64,000 nucleotides of DNA from Octopus vulgaris (taxonomy: Eukaryota): contig OX597819.1 of assembly GCA_951406725.2 (NCBI GenBank), positions 126,108,001-126,172,000 on the forward strand. The letters are read 5' to 3'. The translations under genes were made by a program, and so were the position numbers. Shown piece by piece: positions 38,792-53,475 of this stretch. The notes below the pieces were generated by a model. That model saw nothing but the letters and a program-made list of their open reading frames with translations, did no database searches and was not told the origin of the DNA. Position 1 is the first letter of the stretch; each line of letters starts with the position of its first letter.

Positions 38792-40118
38792 ATGTATGTA
38801 TGTATGTATGTATGTATGTATGTATGTATGTATGCATGCATGTATGTATGTATGAATGTATGTATGTATATATGTATGTATGTATCATTCAACTACGGTA
38901 GAAGTTGAATAATATTCTTAAGGCCGCAATTTACTTACTCGCAGCATCTTCAGAGCTTTGTCGCTACTTCAGTTCTTAACACATTTTGGCATAAAAAAAT
39001 TGAGATTTGATCCAGTAGAAAAAGTTTGCATCAAAATTTGTGGCAACGTTATAGGAGAGTAAGTAACGCCTCAAATCAAGTTTAGGGCTCAATAACTTTT
39101 TTATTTTAAAAGCAAAATATATTTATCTTAGCTTCAATGATAGAAGAAAGCATAAAGAATTTCATAATTTTGGTCCCATGCAGAAAAATTTGTATAAAAA
39201 AATGTTGCGAGGTAAAATATCATGAAAAAGATATCAGTAAGGCAAAAAATTGGATTTAAGTATTATTAACTCTTTCATTTTAAAAACAAACTAAATTTTA
39301 ATTAAGCTTAAATGATAGAGCTCAATTTGAGGAATTTCATGGTATCAATCTCATGCAGTGAAGTTTTAAAAGAAAAAGTTATGAGCGATGGTTTCTCAAA
39401 TTTGAGGGTGATAATATAGTTCTATACATTTTTATGACTATAGTTCTATAAGGAGACTTTTAATATATGTCACCGGCGTCATAGAGGTGAGGAAAAAATT
39501 ATCAACTACACTGCTAATTTGCAATTAGTTTAATTACGTCTTCTGTATTAATTAATGGAATTATCTCATAAAAATTAAAAAAATTAAAACATTAGAAATT
39601 TTGACCATTTTAGCAATCTTTCGTTTTAACACGAGGGCGTGTGCGCGCAGCTCAGCTGTTACCTTACAGCGTTCGGTAAATTCCCTAAAACATATTTATT
39701 TTTGTATTTTTGTGAGAGGAAATGTACATTTTGTCAGCATAAAGTGAAAGAGAGAAGAAGTAGACATAGATGTGTGTATTTGTTGATTGGGGTGGGGTGC
39801 GAGACAAAAAGTGTGTGTTGTGTGTGTGTGTGAGGGAGAGAGAGAGAGGGTGGGGTGGGGGAGAAAGTGACAGCGGACATTTTTTATTTATTTTTTTTCT
39901 CATCTTTCTTCAGTGAAAGTATGAGTGATATGACTGCAGCTATGCCGGAACATCGCCTTCTCGGGTTAGTCGAATAAACTGATTCCACTATTTGCTATCG
40001 ATTTCTTTTGTCAAGGCACGTAAACAAACCAACACATGTTCTCTCAAACAGTGAGGAGACAAACATTCGTTCAAAGACACACAGACACACACAGAGACAC
40101 AGGCACACAAGCACACAG

Positions 40119-40150
<32 letters not shown>

Positions 40151-40185
40151 TCACGCACCCACGCACCCACGCACCCACGCACACC

Positions 40186-40380
40186 GCGTGTGTACCGTTG
40201 GCGATTTTTTCCCCTCCGTCTTCCCTTCTTTGGATCTTTCCTTTTCCTACGTTTCTGACGAAGAGCTCTGCTCGAAACGTTAAACCCTCCTTCTTCCTTT
40301 CCTTCCTGAGCGTCCAATAATATTATACTTGTTCCACGTCCTCGTGTTGTTGTGTTTTCTTTTCATGTGTGGATTAACTA
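40186..40380 (+). mobile_element. PLE-like short element, family H1
   Basis: Inverted copy at 43485-43680; ends in (TA)n; contains a hammerhead motif. Confidence 0.75.
40251..40285 (+). ncRNA. Minimal hammerhead ribozyme motif, type I
   Basis: gttt-CTGACGA-aGAG-ctctg-CTC-GAAACGT-T-aaac; 4-bp stem I, palindromic ACGT stem III. Confidence 0.7.
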
Positions 40381-40382
40381 GA

Positions 40383-40415
<33 letters not shown>

Positions 40416-41064
40416 TATATATATATATATAAATAAATATATATATATATATATACAAGGGATTTCTGCTGTAGAGTTTCCATCGCTCTAATTTATTTAC
40501 AAAACGTTAACAGGGTCAGTGCTATAGTGGAATTTACTGGCCTAAGGTGCTGGGCAGGGTGACTGAAACCGAAACCGCGTGGTTGCTGAGCAAACTTTTT
40601 GCTACCTACTCATGTATGTGCCTTACACTGTAATTTATTTTATACTTTTCTATCAGTTTATTTTTGCTGGGTTTAATACTGTATTTTGCCAATGCATCTG
40701 ATCAAATGAGTTCATTTAGATATTTTTTATCCTTAAACATGTTTCTAATGAAATGATCCATTTTATTTTTGATCTTTGAACATACTAATTGACATATGGC
40801 CGAGAATATTTCGTGATGTATGCTGACCATCATCTGGCCGACTGTTAGTGATCACAAATTTTCGACAACACTGATTGAGGCTCGGTAGCTACGTTATGCG
40901 CCATCCAGGACTAGAACTAATCAGTCGGAACTCTAGCATGTCAATGCCACATGCCACAGGATGGGCTGCGTTCACACATACATACATACATACATACATA
41001 CATACATGCACACATACATACATACATACATACATACATGCATACATATATATGTATATATGTA

Positions 41065-41135
<71 letters not shown>

Positions 41136-41171
41136 TGAGAGAGTGAGAGAGAGGGAAAGAGGGAGAGAGAT

Positions 41172-41375
41172 CCCTCTGTCTGCATTTGCCAAGATAGATC
41201 ACTAGCCATTAAACTCTTTTCTATTTTCTCTCCCGGTTTATTTCTGTGTTCCTTTCTGTCGAAGAGCGTAGGCTCGAAACACAAAAGACTTTATCACTTT
41301 CCGAGCGTTAAACTACTACATATGTTTATTGTTTACACACCCGTCTTCGTCTTTTGTTCTTTTTTTTGTAAATTC

Positions 41376-41380
<5 letters not shown>
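41172..41380 (+). mobile_element. PLE-like short element, family H2, with CUGUCGA hammerhead-like motif at 41251-41288
   Basis: Matches 25433-25640; followed by (TA)n. Confidence 0.7.
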
Positions 41381-41442
<62 letters not shown>

Positions 41443-41461
41443 TACACACATACACACACAT

Positions 41462-42210
<749 letters not shown>

Positions 42211-42334
42211 GTAAGTGCCAACTCACGAAATACTCGGCCTTCAAGTCACTGTTTTGCTTCTATTAAATATTATTAAAAATGCATATGTTCATATTTTGAG
42301 TTCTATTTATCCCGTTTGCATCACCATATCAGTA

Positions 42335-42353
42335 TCCATCCATCCATCCATTC

Positions 42354-42421
<68 letters not shown>

Positions 42422-42422
42422 G

Positions 42423-42465
<43 letters not shown>

Positions 42466-42511
42466 ACCTACCTGTCTATCTATCTACCTGCCTATCTATC
42501 TATCTACCTAC

Positions 42512-42550
<39 letters not shown>

Positions 42551-42582
42551 CCTATCTATCTATCTATCTATCTACCTACCTG

Positions 42583-42665
<83 letters not shown>

Positions 42666-42692
42666 ACCTACCTGTCTATCTATCTATCTATT
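42335..42692. repeat. (TATC)n/(TACC)n array with internal duplication
   Basis: Directly visible. Confidence 0.95.
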
Positions 42693-43192
42693 TGCGTGTG
42701 GTATAGATGTATGTATATAGTCATGCACACACAATTGCGTGCACATATTTCGACGGAAAATTTGATACAATGACACTGAGTAATTGCATCGAGTTTTGGA
42801 GCGAAAAAAATATTTTGCTTTACAATCTGTATTCATTGAGTTTCAAAAGAAAAAGCAAACAAACAAACAAGCGTTACATGCATTCATATATACATGCATT
42901 TATACGTGCACACATATTACATTCATGCAAACGTTCATGTTTGTTTTCTATTTTGCATTCGTGCGTACACATGCACGAACGTACATGGAACAAATGAACA
43001 AATATAAAGACACTAGATATCTCAGAATAGGATAATGAACTGCTTAAAAGGCTTTCATTATAACAGCGAAATATCGACCGCTATCTCACACTCACGTCCA
43101 ACACACACACACACACACACACAAACGTACACACACACACACATTTTAACCACTATATTGATAATTCTTACTCAATATTATCAATAAGATGA

Positions 43193-43380
43193 AGGCGGTC
43201 AGCTGGCAGAATCTTTAGAACTCCGAGCAATATGCTTAGCGGCATTTCGTCCGACTCTATGTTGTGACTTCAAACACGGCCGAGGTCGACTTTGACTTTC
43301 ATCATTTCGGAATCGATAAAATAAGTCCCAACTGTGTGCTGAGATCGGTGTAATCGAAATTACTGCTGTTGTGTCAACAT
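43193..43380 (+). mobile_element. SINE family A, old diverged copy
   Basis: GGCGGTCAGCTGGCAGAATC..CCGAGGTCGACTTTGACTTTCATC. Confidence 0.8.
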
Positions 43381-43413
43381 TTGAAAGCAATATTATCAAT
43401 AAGAAAAAGAAAA

Positions 43414-43484
<71 letters not shown>

Positions 43485-43488
<4 letters not shown>

Positions 43489-43680
43489 TCCAAACAAGAA
43501 AGCACAAAAAAACACAACAACGCGAGGACGTGGAACAAATATAGTATTATTGGACACTCAGGAAAGAAGGAAAGAAGGAGGGTTTAACGTTTCGAGTGGA
43601 GCTCTTCGTCGGAAACATAGGAGAAGGAAAGATCCAGAGAAGGGAAGACAGAGGAAAAAATCGCCAACGGTACACACGCT
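43485..43680 (-). mobile_element. PLE-like short element, family H1, second copy (hammerhead core CCGACGA at 43582-43616)
   Basis: Reverse complement of 40186-40380; next to (TA)n. Confidence 0.75.
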
Positions 43681-44014
43681 GTCACATTTATACACATATA
43701 CACATATATATATAAATATACACACACACACATATATATATATGCATGTATTGTATGTCTGTGTGTGCGCGCGCGCGTGTATCTATGTATTTATGTATAT
43801 GTATATACATGTATAATACATAGATTTATATACACATGTATATATGTATACACGCGCACACACTTACACACACACACACACACACACATATGTTTTATAT
43901 ATAAAAAGGATAAGACCAGTATTTAGAATAGCAATCATATCATGTGGCCAGCATGGAAAAAATACTGTATAGGTAATAATTATTATAGATATATAATAAT
44001 ATAAATATAATTAT

Positions 44015-44184
44015 AATTAAGCGTACCGAAGAAGCACCACCATGCCAGAAATAGCAGTCTAGAACCACATCATGTTTATATAGTACAGGTGTTCATTTAT
44101 CTTTTCACCTGTAATATATGAATACATGATGTTGTTCTAGAGTCAGTTTTGACTGTTATTTCATGGTGGTGCTTTTCAGTACCC

Positions 44185-44190
<6 letters not shown>
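44015..44190. repeat. Imperfect ~170-bp palindrome between AT-rich/(TA)n tracts
   Basis: Nested arms AAGCACCACCATG/ATGGTGGTGCTT, CTAGAACCACATCATGT/ACATGATGTTGTTCTAG, TACAGGTG/CACCTGTA. Confidence 0.85.
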
Positions 44191-44232
<42 letters not shown>

Positions 44233-44977
44233 TAAAATCAGCAGAAATATAACAAAAGCTGTTACTCAGAGTAAATATAGTATATTACTCTACCTCTGGT
44301 ATTTGAGTACTCTTTTTTCCACCTTGTTTCGCATTTATATACTCTGGTGTATATTTTTATATTGAAATATCTAAATGTATTTCATATTTTTTATAATTTA
44401 ATTCCTTTTTTTAAAAAGAAGTGATCAACCACAGACAGACCGTTAATAACCAGGCAGATTTAAACATTAAGTAATTAGTGTAAATAATGTATAACACTTT
44501 AACGACATAAATAACTCCTATCTGACTTGTTTGTGAAGCATCTTTGATATACTTTCTTCCATTATTAATTATATTTGTTTTTGATTTTGGTAAGGCAAAA
44601 ACCACAGTGTAAAACCTCGAAAAAGACCGTGAATACATTCTTCATTAGAAGAATGTTTTTCTTCTCTCAGGATAAGTCGAATCTAGTCGGTTCCTATCAA
44701 CATAGTTTAAACAGGATATTTGCTTTTTGAAATTATTATTTTTTCTTTCTACAAAGAATTAAGGCATCATGAGATAGTTATCATAGTAGCCACAGATTTA
44801 TGAAGCAGGTATATTTATATGTAAGATATAACAAAGATATTCTTTATTTAATGAGACATAGATTCTGATAGTAATTTTCTATGATATATTTGAGAACTAT
44901 TAGCAATCACAGGTTAAATTAATGACATTATTATTACTAACATACTATAGCTGATGTAACGAATACATACATATATG

Positions 44978-45186
44978 ATTTTGGTTTCAAATTTTGGCAC
45001 GGGGCCAGAAATTTTGGGAGAGGGGTAAGTCAATTATATTGACCCCAGTACTCAATTGGTACATATTTTATCGACCTCGAAAAGATGAAAATAGACCGCG
45101 TCGGAATTTGAACTCAGAATGTAAAGACGGACGAAATGCTGCTAAGAATTTTGCCCAGCATACTCACGATTCTGCCAGCTCACCAC
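44978..45186 (-). mobile_element. SINE family A, old diverged copy
   Basis: GGAATTTGAACTCAGAATGTAAAGACGGACGAAATG..TTCTGCCAGCTCACC. Confidence 0.8.
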
Positions 45187-46217
45187 TTTACATACATATA
45201 TAATTTTACGAACAAGCTTGTTTAGTTACTTAATTTGATTTAAACGGTAGTATAAGTGGGGTTTTTTCTGCTAATAAAAATTACAGTAAGTATTGCCATG
45301 GCATATATCTAACATAGAGATCCTCAGATTGACAAATACCATACTCTAAAATTTTAGTGAAATGTTTTGCACGACCTCACTACTCAATACTAATAGCTTT
45401 TGAATTTGGTTGGTGTCCAGCAATTTCGAGGGAAGATATTGGGATCGATGGTATCAATTTCATTACTTGACTGGTTCTTTATTTTAACGACCTCGAAATT
45501 ATTTTATTGCTTTTGAAAGGATGAAAGTCAATGCTGATCTCCATGGGATTTGAACTGTGAATGTAAAGAGTCGGAACAAATACCGTAAATCATTTTTTCC
45601 TCTAACGATTCTATCAACTCAAAGCCTTTCACCACTCTATACCAATAAAATGACGCAAATTGAGATTGCATCCATATAGTTCTTCTTTCTTCGTCAGATG
45701 CTAAACAAGTTTTAAAATGTTTAAACCTAATGTCATAAAACATAGAAATTTATCTATACCCTTTATGAGAAATGCAGTATTAATACCCCCTCCCACCACC
45801 CTCATTCGTAATAAGTACCTTTCGAATATTTATTTGGAATTTGTCTCTTTCCATCAGACAATTAAATTTATGAGGACACATAATAAACAAATTAGTTGTT
45901 TATTTTCATGGCTTTCACTGTTAGAAATTTCAAAATGTAGACAGTTAGGATCTTCAAAATATTCGAGACAGTTATTAGATTCATTGATATTTTTATAACG
46001 TCCTCGAATTCATCATGTTCAAGACCCATGAGACTTGTCTCGGTTTCCATACTACGCAACAGCACTTAAATAATTAAAGCAATCATCAATGTTTGGATTA
46101 GGATCATATACATAAGGTTGAACAATCTTAATGCCAAGAGAAGTTGATGCAATAATTGAAACAAAACCTTGTACTGACAACACTGGAGGATCTAAAATCT
46201 AAGAGATATATAAACAA

Positions 46218-46578
46218 CTAGCAGTATCGCCCGGCGTTGCTCGGGTTTGTAAGGGAAATAACTATATAAGCATTTTTAGAGAGTTATAGCCAAAAAATAG
46301 CAAAAAAATGCATTAAAAATATAATATAATATATAATAGCGAAAAAATATATAATATAATATATAATAGCGAAAAAATGCATTAAAATGGAAAAAATGAT
46401 GGTAATTTTTTTTTAAAATCGTAGACTCATCGTAGACGCGCGCTAATACCCAGAAGGGCTCGATATGAATCACGACTATAAGATACCCGGTTTTGGTTAA
46501 ACTGCACCGCAAAATGTGGGAGTAGTTAGGAATCTAAATCGTAGGAGACAGACACACAATGACTTTTATAAATAAAGA
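46218..46578 (-). mobile_element. Non-autonomous Helitron
   Basis: 5' TC, 3' CTAG, subterminal hairpin CCCGAGC-AAC-GCCGGG; second copy at 60536-60930. Confidence 0.9.
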
Positions 46579-46926
46579 TTATACATATATGTGTGTGCGT
46601 GTGTGTACTTGTATGCATCTTACAATTCATTAGTCAGCAGGTCAACAAACAGATATTGATAAGGTAAGTGTTAGACTTAAGAATAAGTACTGGGATCAAG
46701 ATCGATATGATCGATTGAAATCTTTCAAAGATATGTTTCTGCGTAGCCGCAGTCGGATGAAAGAAAACCGCAAGTAAATGTTCAAAAGAATACGTTGCGT
46801 GCTCGCACACACATGCATGCATACATGCAAAATTATACATACATACATCCATGCATACATACACACGTGTGTGTGTGTATTTGTTTGTATGAGTCTCTCT
46901 CTCTCTATGTGTGTGTGTATGTGTGC

Positions 46927-46995
<69 letters not shown>

Positions 46996-47247
46996 TGTGT
47001 GTGTCTGTGTGTGCGTAAGACAAAGCATGTGAGTTACGAAAGCATTTCGCCTCGGGTTTCACTTATATAATTTATTATTTATTATATAATATATTTCTGT
47101 GTCTCTGGGCACGTTGGAATATGGTTTAAGTGGGGAATATTTCGCAGATAATTGCACTGAAAACAATCAAACAGGCACATCCACACGGTCGTTCGATCTG
47201 CTCGGAACAGGAACGAGATGCCTCTCAAATCAAATCCTACTCCCTTC

Positions 47248-47371
47248 TACATACATGCATACATACACACATACATACATACATACATACATACATACAT
47301 ACATACATACATACACATACACACATACATACATACATACATACATACATACATACATACATACATACACA

Positions 47372-47405
<34 letters not shown>

Positions 47406-48273
47406 CATACATACATACATACATACATACATACATACATACATACATACATACATACATACATACATACATACATACATACATACATACATACATGCAT
47501 ACATACATACATACATACATACATACACACACATACATACATACATACATACATACACATATACATACATACTTGCATGCATCAATGCTAGTATACATAC
47601 ATACATACATGCATGCATCCAAGCAAATATACATACATGCATGCATACATACATGCATGCATACATACATACATACATACACACATACACACATACATAC
47701 ATACATACATGCATGCATACATACATGCATGCATACATACATACATACATACAAACATACATACATACATACATACATACATACATACATACATACATAC
47801 ACATATACATACATACAAACATACATACATACATACATACATACATACATACATGCATGCATACATACATACATACATACATACATGCATACTTACAAAC
47901 ATACATACATACAAACATACATACATACATACATACATACATACATACATACATACATACATACATGCATGCATACATACATACATACATACATGCATAC
48001 TTACATACATACACACACATACACACATACATACATACATGCATGCATACATACATACATACTTACATACATACATACACACACACATACACACATACAT
48101 ACATACATACATGCATGCATGCATACATACATGCATACATACTTACATACATACATACATACATACATACACACACACATACATACATACATACATACAT
48201 ACACATATACATACATACTTGCATGCATCAATGCTAGTATACATACATGCATGCATACATACATACATACATG
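47248..48273. repeat. ~1-kb (TACA)n compound microsatellite
   Basis: Directly visible; interruption ACTTGCATGCATCAATGCTAGTATAC occurs twice; explains the long HTYI/MYVC ORFs. Confidence 0.97.
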
Positions 48274-48412
48274 ATTTCAAAACGGCAGATGGAATGTTCA
48301 CAGTTAGAACGCTTTTGATCACATGTCCTAACACGTCTACGATTAGATCTGGACAAGTTAATCTGCACAAAAACAGTTGGGTATATTTTAGCCAATGGTC
48401 ATTTCCTCCGTG

Positions 48413-48467
<55 letters not shown>

Positions 48468-48594
48468 GTGTATGTATAATGTAAGTATGTGTGTGTATAC
48501 ATACAATAGCTTATAAAATATATATTGTGTTTATTAAACAATATTTATTTCTCGCCAGATGGAGTACTTTTTTTGTTGATCTTACGGGACAGTA

Positions 48595-48703
<109 letters not shown>

Positions 48704-48789
48704 TGCATGTATATATAAAACCCAAAGATTTATCCATGCAGATGAAGAGAAACCAGAGATGTATATATATATATATATTATTTATGTAT

Positions 48790-49092
48790 GCACCCTTTTC
48801 AAGTCTAGCCAGGCTCATGAGCCCTATTTCCCGGTTCCTGTGACATATCTGTTCCCCCAAGCTGGACGGGACGCCAGTCCATCGCAGCGTGACTCAAGAA
48901 ACAGGAAGAGAGAGTGAGAGAAATTTGGGGCGAAAGAGTACAACAGGGACCGCCACCACCCCGTGCTGGAGCCACGTGGAGCATTTTGGTGTTTTCGCTC
49001 AATAAACACACACAACGCCCGGTCTGGGAATCGAAACCGCGATCCTCCGACCGCGAGTCCGCTGCCCTAATCACTGGGCCATTGCGCCTCCA
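48790..49092 (-). mobile_element. SINE family D, tail type 2
   Basis: Family D head and core; tail like 28885-28960. Confidence 0.88.
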
Positions 49093-49093
49093 C

Positions 49094-49135
<42 letters not shown>

Positions 49136-49987
49136 ATGTATTTGTGTGTATGTGTGCGCGTGAAAAATATAAGATAAGATTTATAAATTATTACGTGTGT
49201 CGTTAGATTTGGAAGATGGTAAGGCAAAAAAAAAAGAAGAAAAAGAAAACAGGGTCTGTGAACACTTGGACACAACGTCCTGTATGACCAGTCCGTTTCC
49301 ACAGCCCAATTAACCAACTCATCGTAATGACCAGTCTGACCAGTTCGTTAGGGTTACTTTGTTGACTAATTCATTTTACAACTAATCTAACCATCTCGTT
49401 GCGCCGGCCTACATTCTCTTGGCTCGTTATAACATTATAACAGCCAATAGAGGTCTTCTTACCTCACCTATTCCGATAGTCTCATTAATACCGCTAGTTT
49501 ATCTTGCTCATTACTACTTCCTCTCAAGCCAGTTCATTAACGAAACCGCAAAACCTAAAACCGTTTTCTGAAGAAGCTGTGGTAGTTTTTACGAAATAGA
49601 CAATAAAATAAATAGAAGGGTTTGAGAGAGAGATTAACACGAAATGAGAACAACAGAGAAAGTTCTTTGTACATGCGATTGACTTGTCTTTGAACTATCG
49701 ATTAACACTTTCATTTCTATAATAATCATCTCCTGAGATAATTTTAAATGTGTTACATTTATTGGTTAGCCTTATGACTGATCAAAGACAATCTAGTGCT
49801 GACCATCCAGTCTTTTTATATATGGTTTACCTCAGAATACATTGTCCAATGTATTCTTTCTGTTTAAAGAGTTTAGGGTGTGATTTGAGGATGATGGAAG
49901 TTACGCCTAACAACTCTGAGGAATCTGAAGTCCGTTGAAAGTAGACCTCACACATGGTTCCAGCAACATGGGGCAAATGCTCATACC

Positions 49988-50364
49988 TATTTCTTTACTA
50001 CCCACAAGGGGTTAAACAAAGGGATTAAGTCAATTACATCGACGCCAGTGCGTAACTAGTACTTAATTTATCGACCCCGAAAGGATGAAAGGCAAAGTCG
50101 ACCTCGGCGGAATTTGAACTCAGAACGAAATACCTATTTCTTTATTACCCACAAGGGGCTAAACACAGAGGGGACAAATAAGGACAGACATAGGTATTAA
50201 GACGATTACATCGACCCCAGTGTGTAACTGGTACTTAATTTATCGACCCCGAAAGGATGAAAGGCAAAGTCGACCTCGGCGGAATTTGAACTCACAACGT
50301 AACGCAGACGAAATACCGCTAAGCATTTCGCCCGGCGTGCTAACGTTTCTGCCAGCTCGCCGCC
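49988..50364 (-). mobile_element. SINE family A dimer with 15-bp TSD, inserted in a Tc1-MITE fragment
   Basis: TSD GCAAATGCTCATACC at 49973-49987 and 50368-50382; junction near 50130. Confidence 0.92.
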
Positions 50365-50984
50365 ATTGCAAATGCTCATACCGCAAGAGAAACAATGCAG
50401 TTCCTACGGCAGTGCTTTGGTCGATAAACAGGATTCAAATGGCCACCTTAGTTTATTGTGTGTTATAAAAGAAAAGTAAAAGAAAAAATGACGTCGGGGG
50501 ATTTTGAATACTGCGGTGTTTTGACCTCGTTGTGTCTCTTCAGTTAAAGTTACCCACAGATTAATGAAACAAAACAAGAGTCACTACTGCTTTTAGTAGA
50601 AATCAACAAACAAATTATCCGTTGATATAAGCTGATACCTGCTTAACCGATAATAATTTTCCAGTGATAAACGAAGACGAAAACGGGAGTTGCATAGAAT
50701 TGATGTTCGAAGAAAGAAACTACTGGAAACATTTCTTACAGGATGGAACACCGACGGAAATAGAATGAGAATTAATAGTAAGATGAGTTGGTTGGATCAT
50801 GGAAGTATTTATAGAAGATTGTTAAAGAAGCAGTCCTGGTGATAAGAAAGAGATTAAAGTTTAGCGGCCAAAACATGACGAGTAATGTTAGAAGCTCGCT
50901 TTTGGAGTTGCTTAAAAACAGAAGAGCAAAAGAAATATCAACTGAAACACCAGAACAGATATAACAATAATATTCTGCACAGGG

Positions 50985-51203
50985 CAAGGTAGTTTGCTGG
51001 CAGAATCGTTTGTATGCCTGGCAAAATATTTAGCGGCATTTCGTCCAGTCTTAACGTTCTGACTTCAAATTCCGCCGAGGTCGACTTCGCGTTTCATCCT
51101 TTCGGGGTCGATTAAATAGGTACTAGTTGAACATTGGATCGATGTAATCGACTTATCCCCAACCCGACATTACTGGCATTGTGCCAAAATTTGAAATAAA
51201 TAT
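50985..51203 (+). mobile_element. SINE family A, older variant
   Basis: Head and core recognisable. Confidence 0.85.
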
Positions 51204-51205
51204 TA

Positions 51206-51943
51206 TAGGGTGTCCTAAAAGTCACTGGTGGGTTTCAATTTTTAATAACTTCCTTAACCTTACAAATAAATGCTTGAAATTTTGATACAATATAAAGGAC
51301 ATAATGGGAATTAATATGCACAAGTCAAATTTTGAAACACCACTACATCACATATATAAAATTGACATTACTTAAACGGCAGACATTTTCGGCTTCTCAC
51401 GCCCGTGCTTTTTCCAAAACATGTACTATAACACCCTCAAGAGTTTCAGACCCCACTTCTCTGATTTCTCTATTGATGCTCTCCTTCAGTTGCACCAGGG
51501 TCTCCAGTTCGTTGACGCAAACCCTCTCTTTCTGGTATCCCCCCAGAAGAAAAATCTGAGCTAGTCAACTCTGAGGGATGTGAAATCCATTGAAAGTAGA
51601 TCTCACACATGGTTCCAGTAAGATGAGGCAAATGCTCATACCGCAAGAGAAACAATACGGTTACTACGATAGTGCTTTGGAGAAAGAATAATCTCCCGCG
51701 CTACTTGCCCCAGACTTGACTAGCCAGGAATTTTTCTAGTGGGGATACCTGAAAGAGAGGGTTTGCGTCATCAACATTTAAGCGATGTCATTTGTCATAT
51801 GTGATGTAGTAGTGTTCCAAAATTTGATTTGTGCATATTAATTTCCATGATGTCTTTTATATTGTATCAAAATTTCCTGCATTTATTTGTTAAGTTAAGG
51901 AAGTTATTAAAAATTGAAATCCATCAATGTCTTTCGGGGCACC

Positions 51944-51947
<4 letters not shown>
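51206..51947. mobile_element. Fold-back Tc1/mariner-derived non-autonomous element with long TIRs
   Basis: ~170-bp inverted arms starting (C/T)AGGGTG(T/C)CC.AAAG.CA.TG.TGG.TTTCAATT, TA flanks; transposase C-terminal motif present on both strands. Confidence 0.88.
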
Positions 51948-52015
<68 letters not shown>

Positions 52016-53134
52016 ACATGTGTGTGTGTCTGTGTTCGCGTGTGTGCCTCTCTGTACGTACGCTAAAACACACTATACATTCCAACATACATATTTACAC
52101 ACACACTCGCGCACACACAACACACACACATACTCATACATATACCGGGCGTTGTGTTGTGTTCTTGAGCAAAGCACTTCATTTCACGTTGCTCTGCGAT
52201 CATTTCGACATCTGACATGTGACACCCGTTACACCTGACTTTTGGGACACCCTGTTCATACAAGGGTGAATAAAAAAAGGAGGGAGTAAGCAGATATCAT
52301 CGATCCCAATACTTGCAGAGTGCGATTTAACAGAGATGAGATTTGGTAGCTATTTCTAGCAACTCGACAATGGATCACGGAGGAATCACTTAACAGAGGG
52401 TGTTGTTGTTAACGTTGATGCTTAATTCACCATATCATCTGATCTGTGGAGTATGGCTGAATAAATGTGGATTATTTGTTGGATCATTCATAGAAGAGAA
52501 ATGTCCATCCATCCATCCACTCATCCAACCATCCAGATTCCTGAAAATTGACACGTTGCCAGGTTTATTCCGAATGCAAATTTGAGCTCAACGCTGCACA
52601 TTATTGGAACATTCTTCTCTTATTCTTTCTGGTAAAGTCAGTAGAGCAATAGACAAAGTGCCTTGCATTTTCGGTTCTGAGTTCAAATTGCTTTTCTTTC
52701 TTCCAAAGTTGATAAATAAAATACCAGCATAAGATGGTGAAATGGCGGAACTGTTAGAGAGTTGGACAGGCTGTTTTGCGCTCTATTCCTACTATTTGCG
52801 CTCAAATCCTACCCTTGCCTATTTGGGTGGTAGATTTAAGCTGCTACCTGTCTGACACTGCGACTCGGTGCGTAGGTGCTTTTGACGTGTATAGAAGCAT
52901 TAGAATCAGGACTCCTGTTTAAGGATATATTTCTCCATTCTTCTCTCCCACCGGTATCAGAGGCTCTGTCAATGATCATGGACACTGCCTTCTTTCTTGG
53001 CTAAGCGATCAAAAAATTCACATGACGTTTACATGCAAAAGATATACCTTCAATAAAATATAACTTATTTAATGAAAAAAAAGCAGTCATTGACAATTAT
53101 TATTGCTGATGATGCTGTTGCTGTTGCTGTTGAG

Positions 53135-53475
53135 CGAACGGTCTTCGTCCCAGAGCTCGCAAGATGGGAGAAGTCCGAAACGTGGTCCTTTGCTATTCGT
53201 AAGACCCGCAGAAGAGAAAGCAGGTCAACCCCCGACACCGAGAGCATCAACGGATGGATGAATGCGCATCCAGGCTCAGCGGTTGAGTAGGAAGTCGGGG
53301 ACAAGAAACAGGAAGAAAGAGTGAGAGAAAGTTGGAGCGAAAGAGCACAACAGGGGTCGCCACCACCCCTGCCGGAGCCTCGTGGAGCTTTAGGTGTTTT
53401 CGCTCAATAAACACACACAACGCCCGGTCTGGAAATCGAGTCCGCTGCCCTGACCATTGGGCCATTGCGCCTCCA
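53135..53475 (-). mobile_element. SINE family D, tail type 3
   Basis: Family D head and core with an unrelated tail. Confidence 0.85.

Noticed and set aside
46060-46195. Cadherin-like exon (DPPVLSV..G..I....YDP)
   Set aside because: In-frame stop, no convincing donor, calcium-binding motifs missing
47099-48479. Long ORFs of 200-390 aa (HTYI and MYVC repeats)
   Set aside because: Read-through of (TACA)n microsatellite; the same applies to most ORFs in the track
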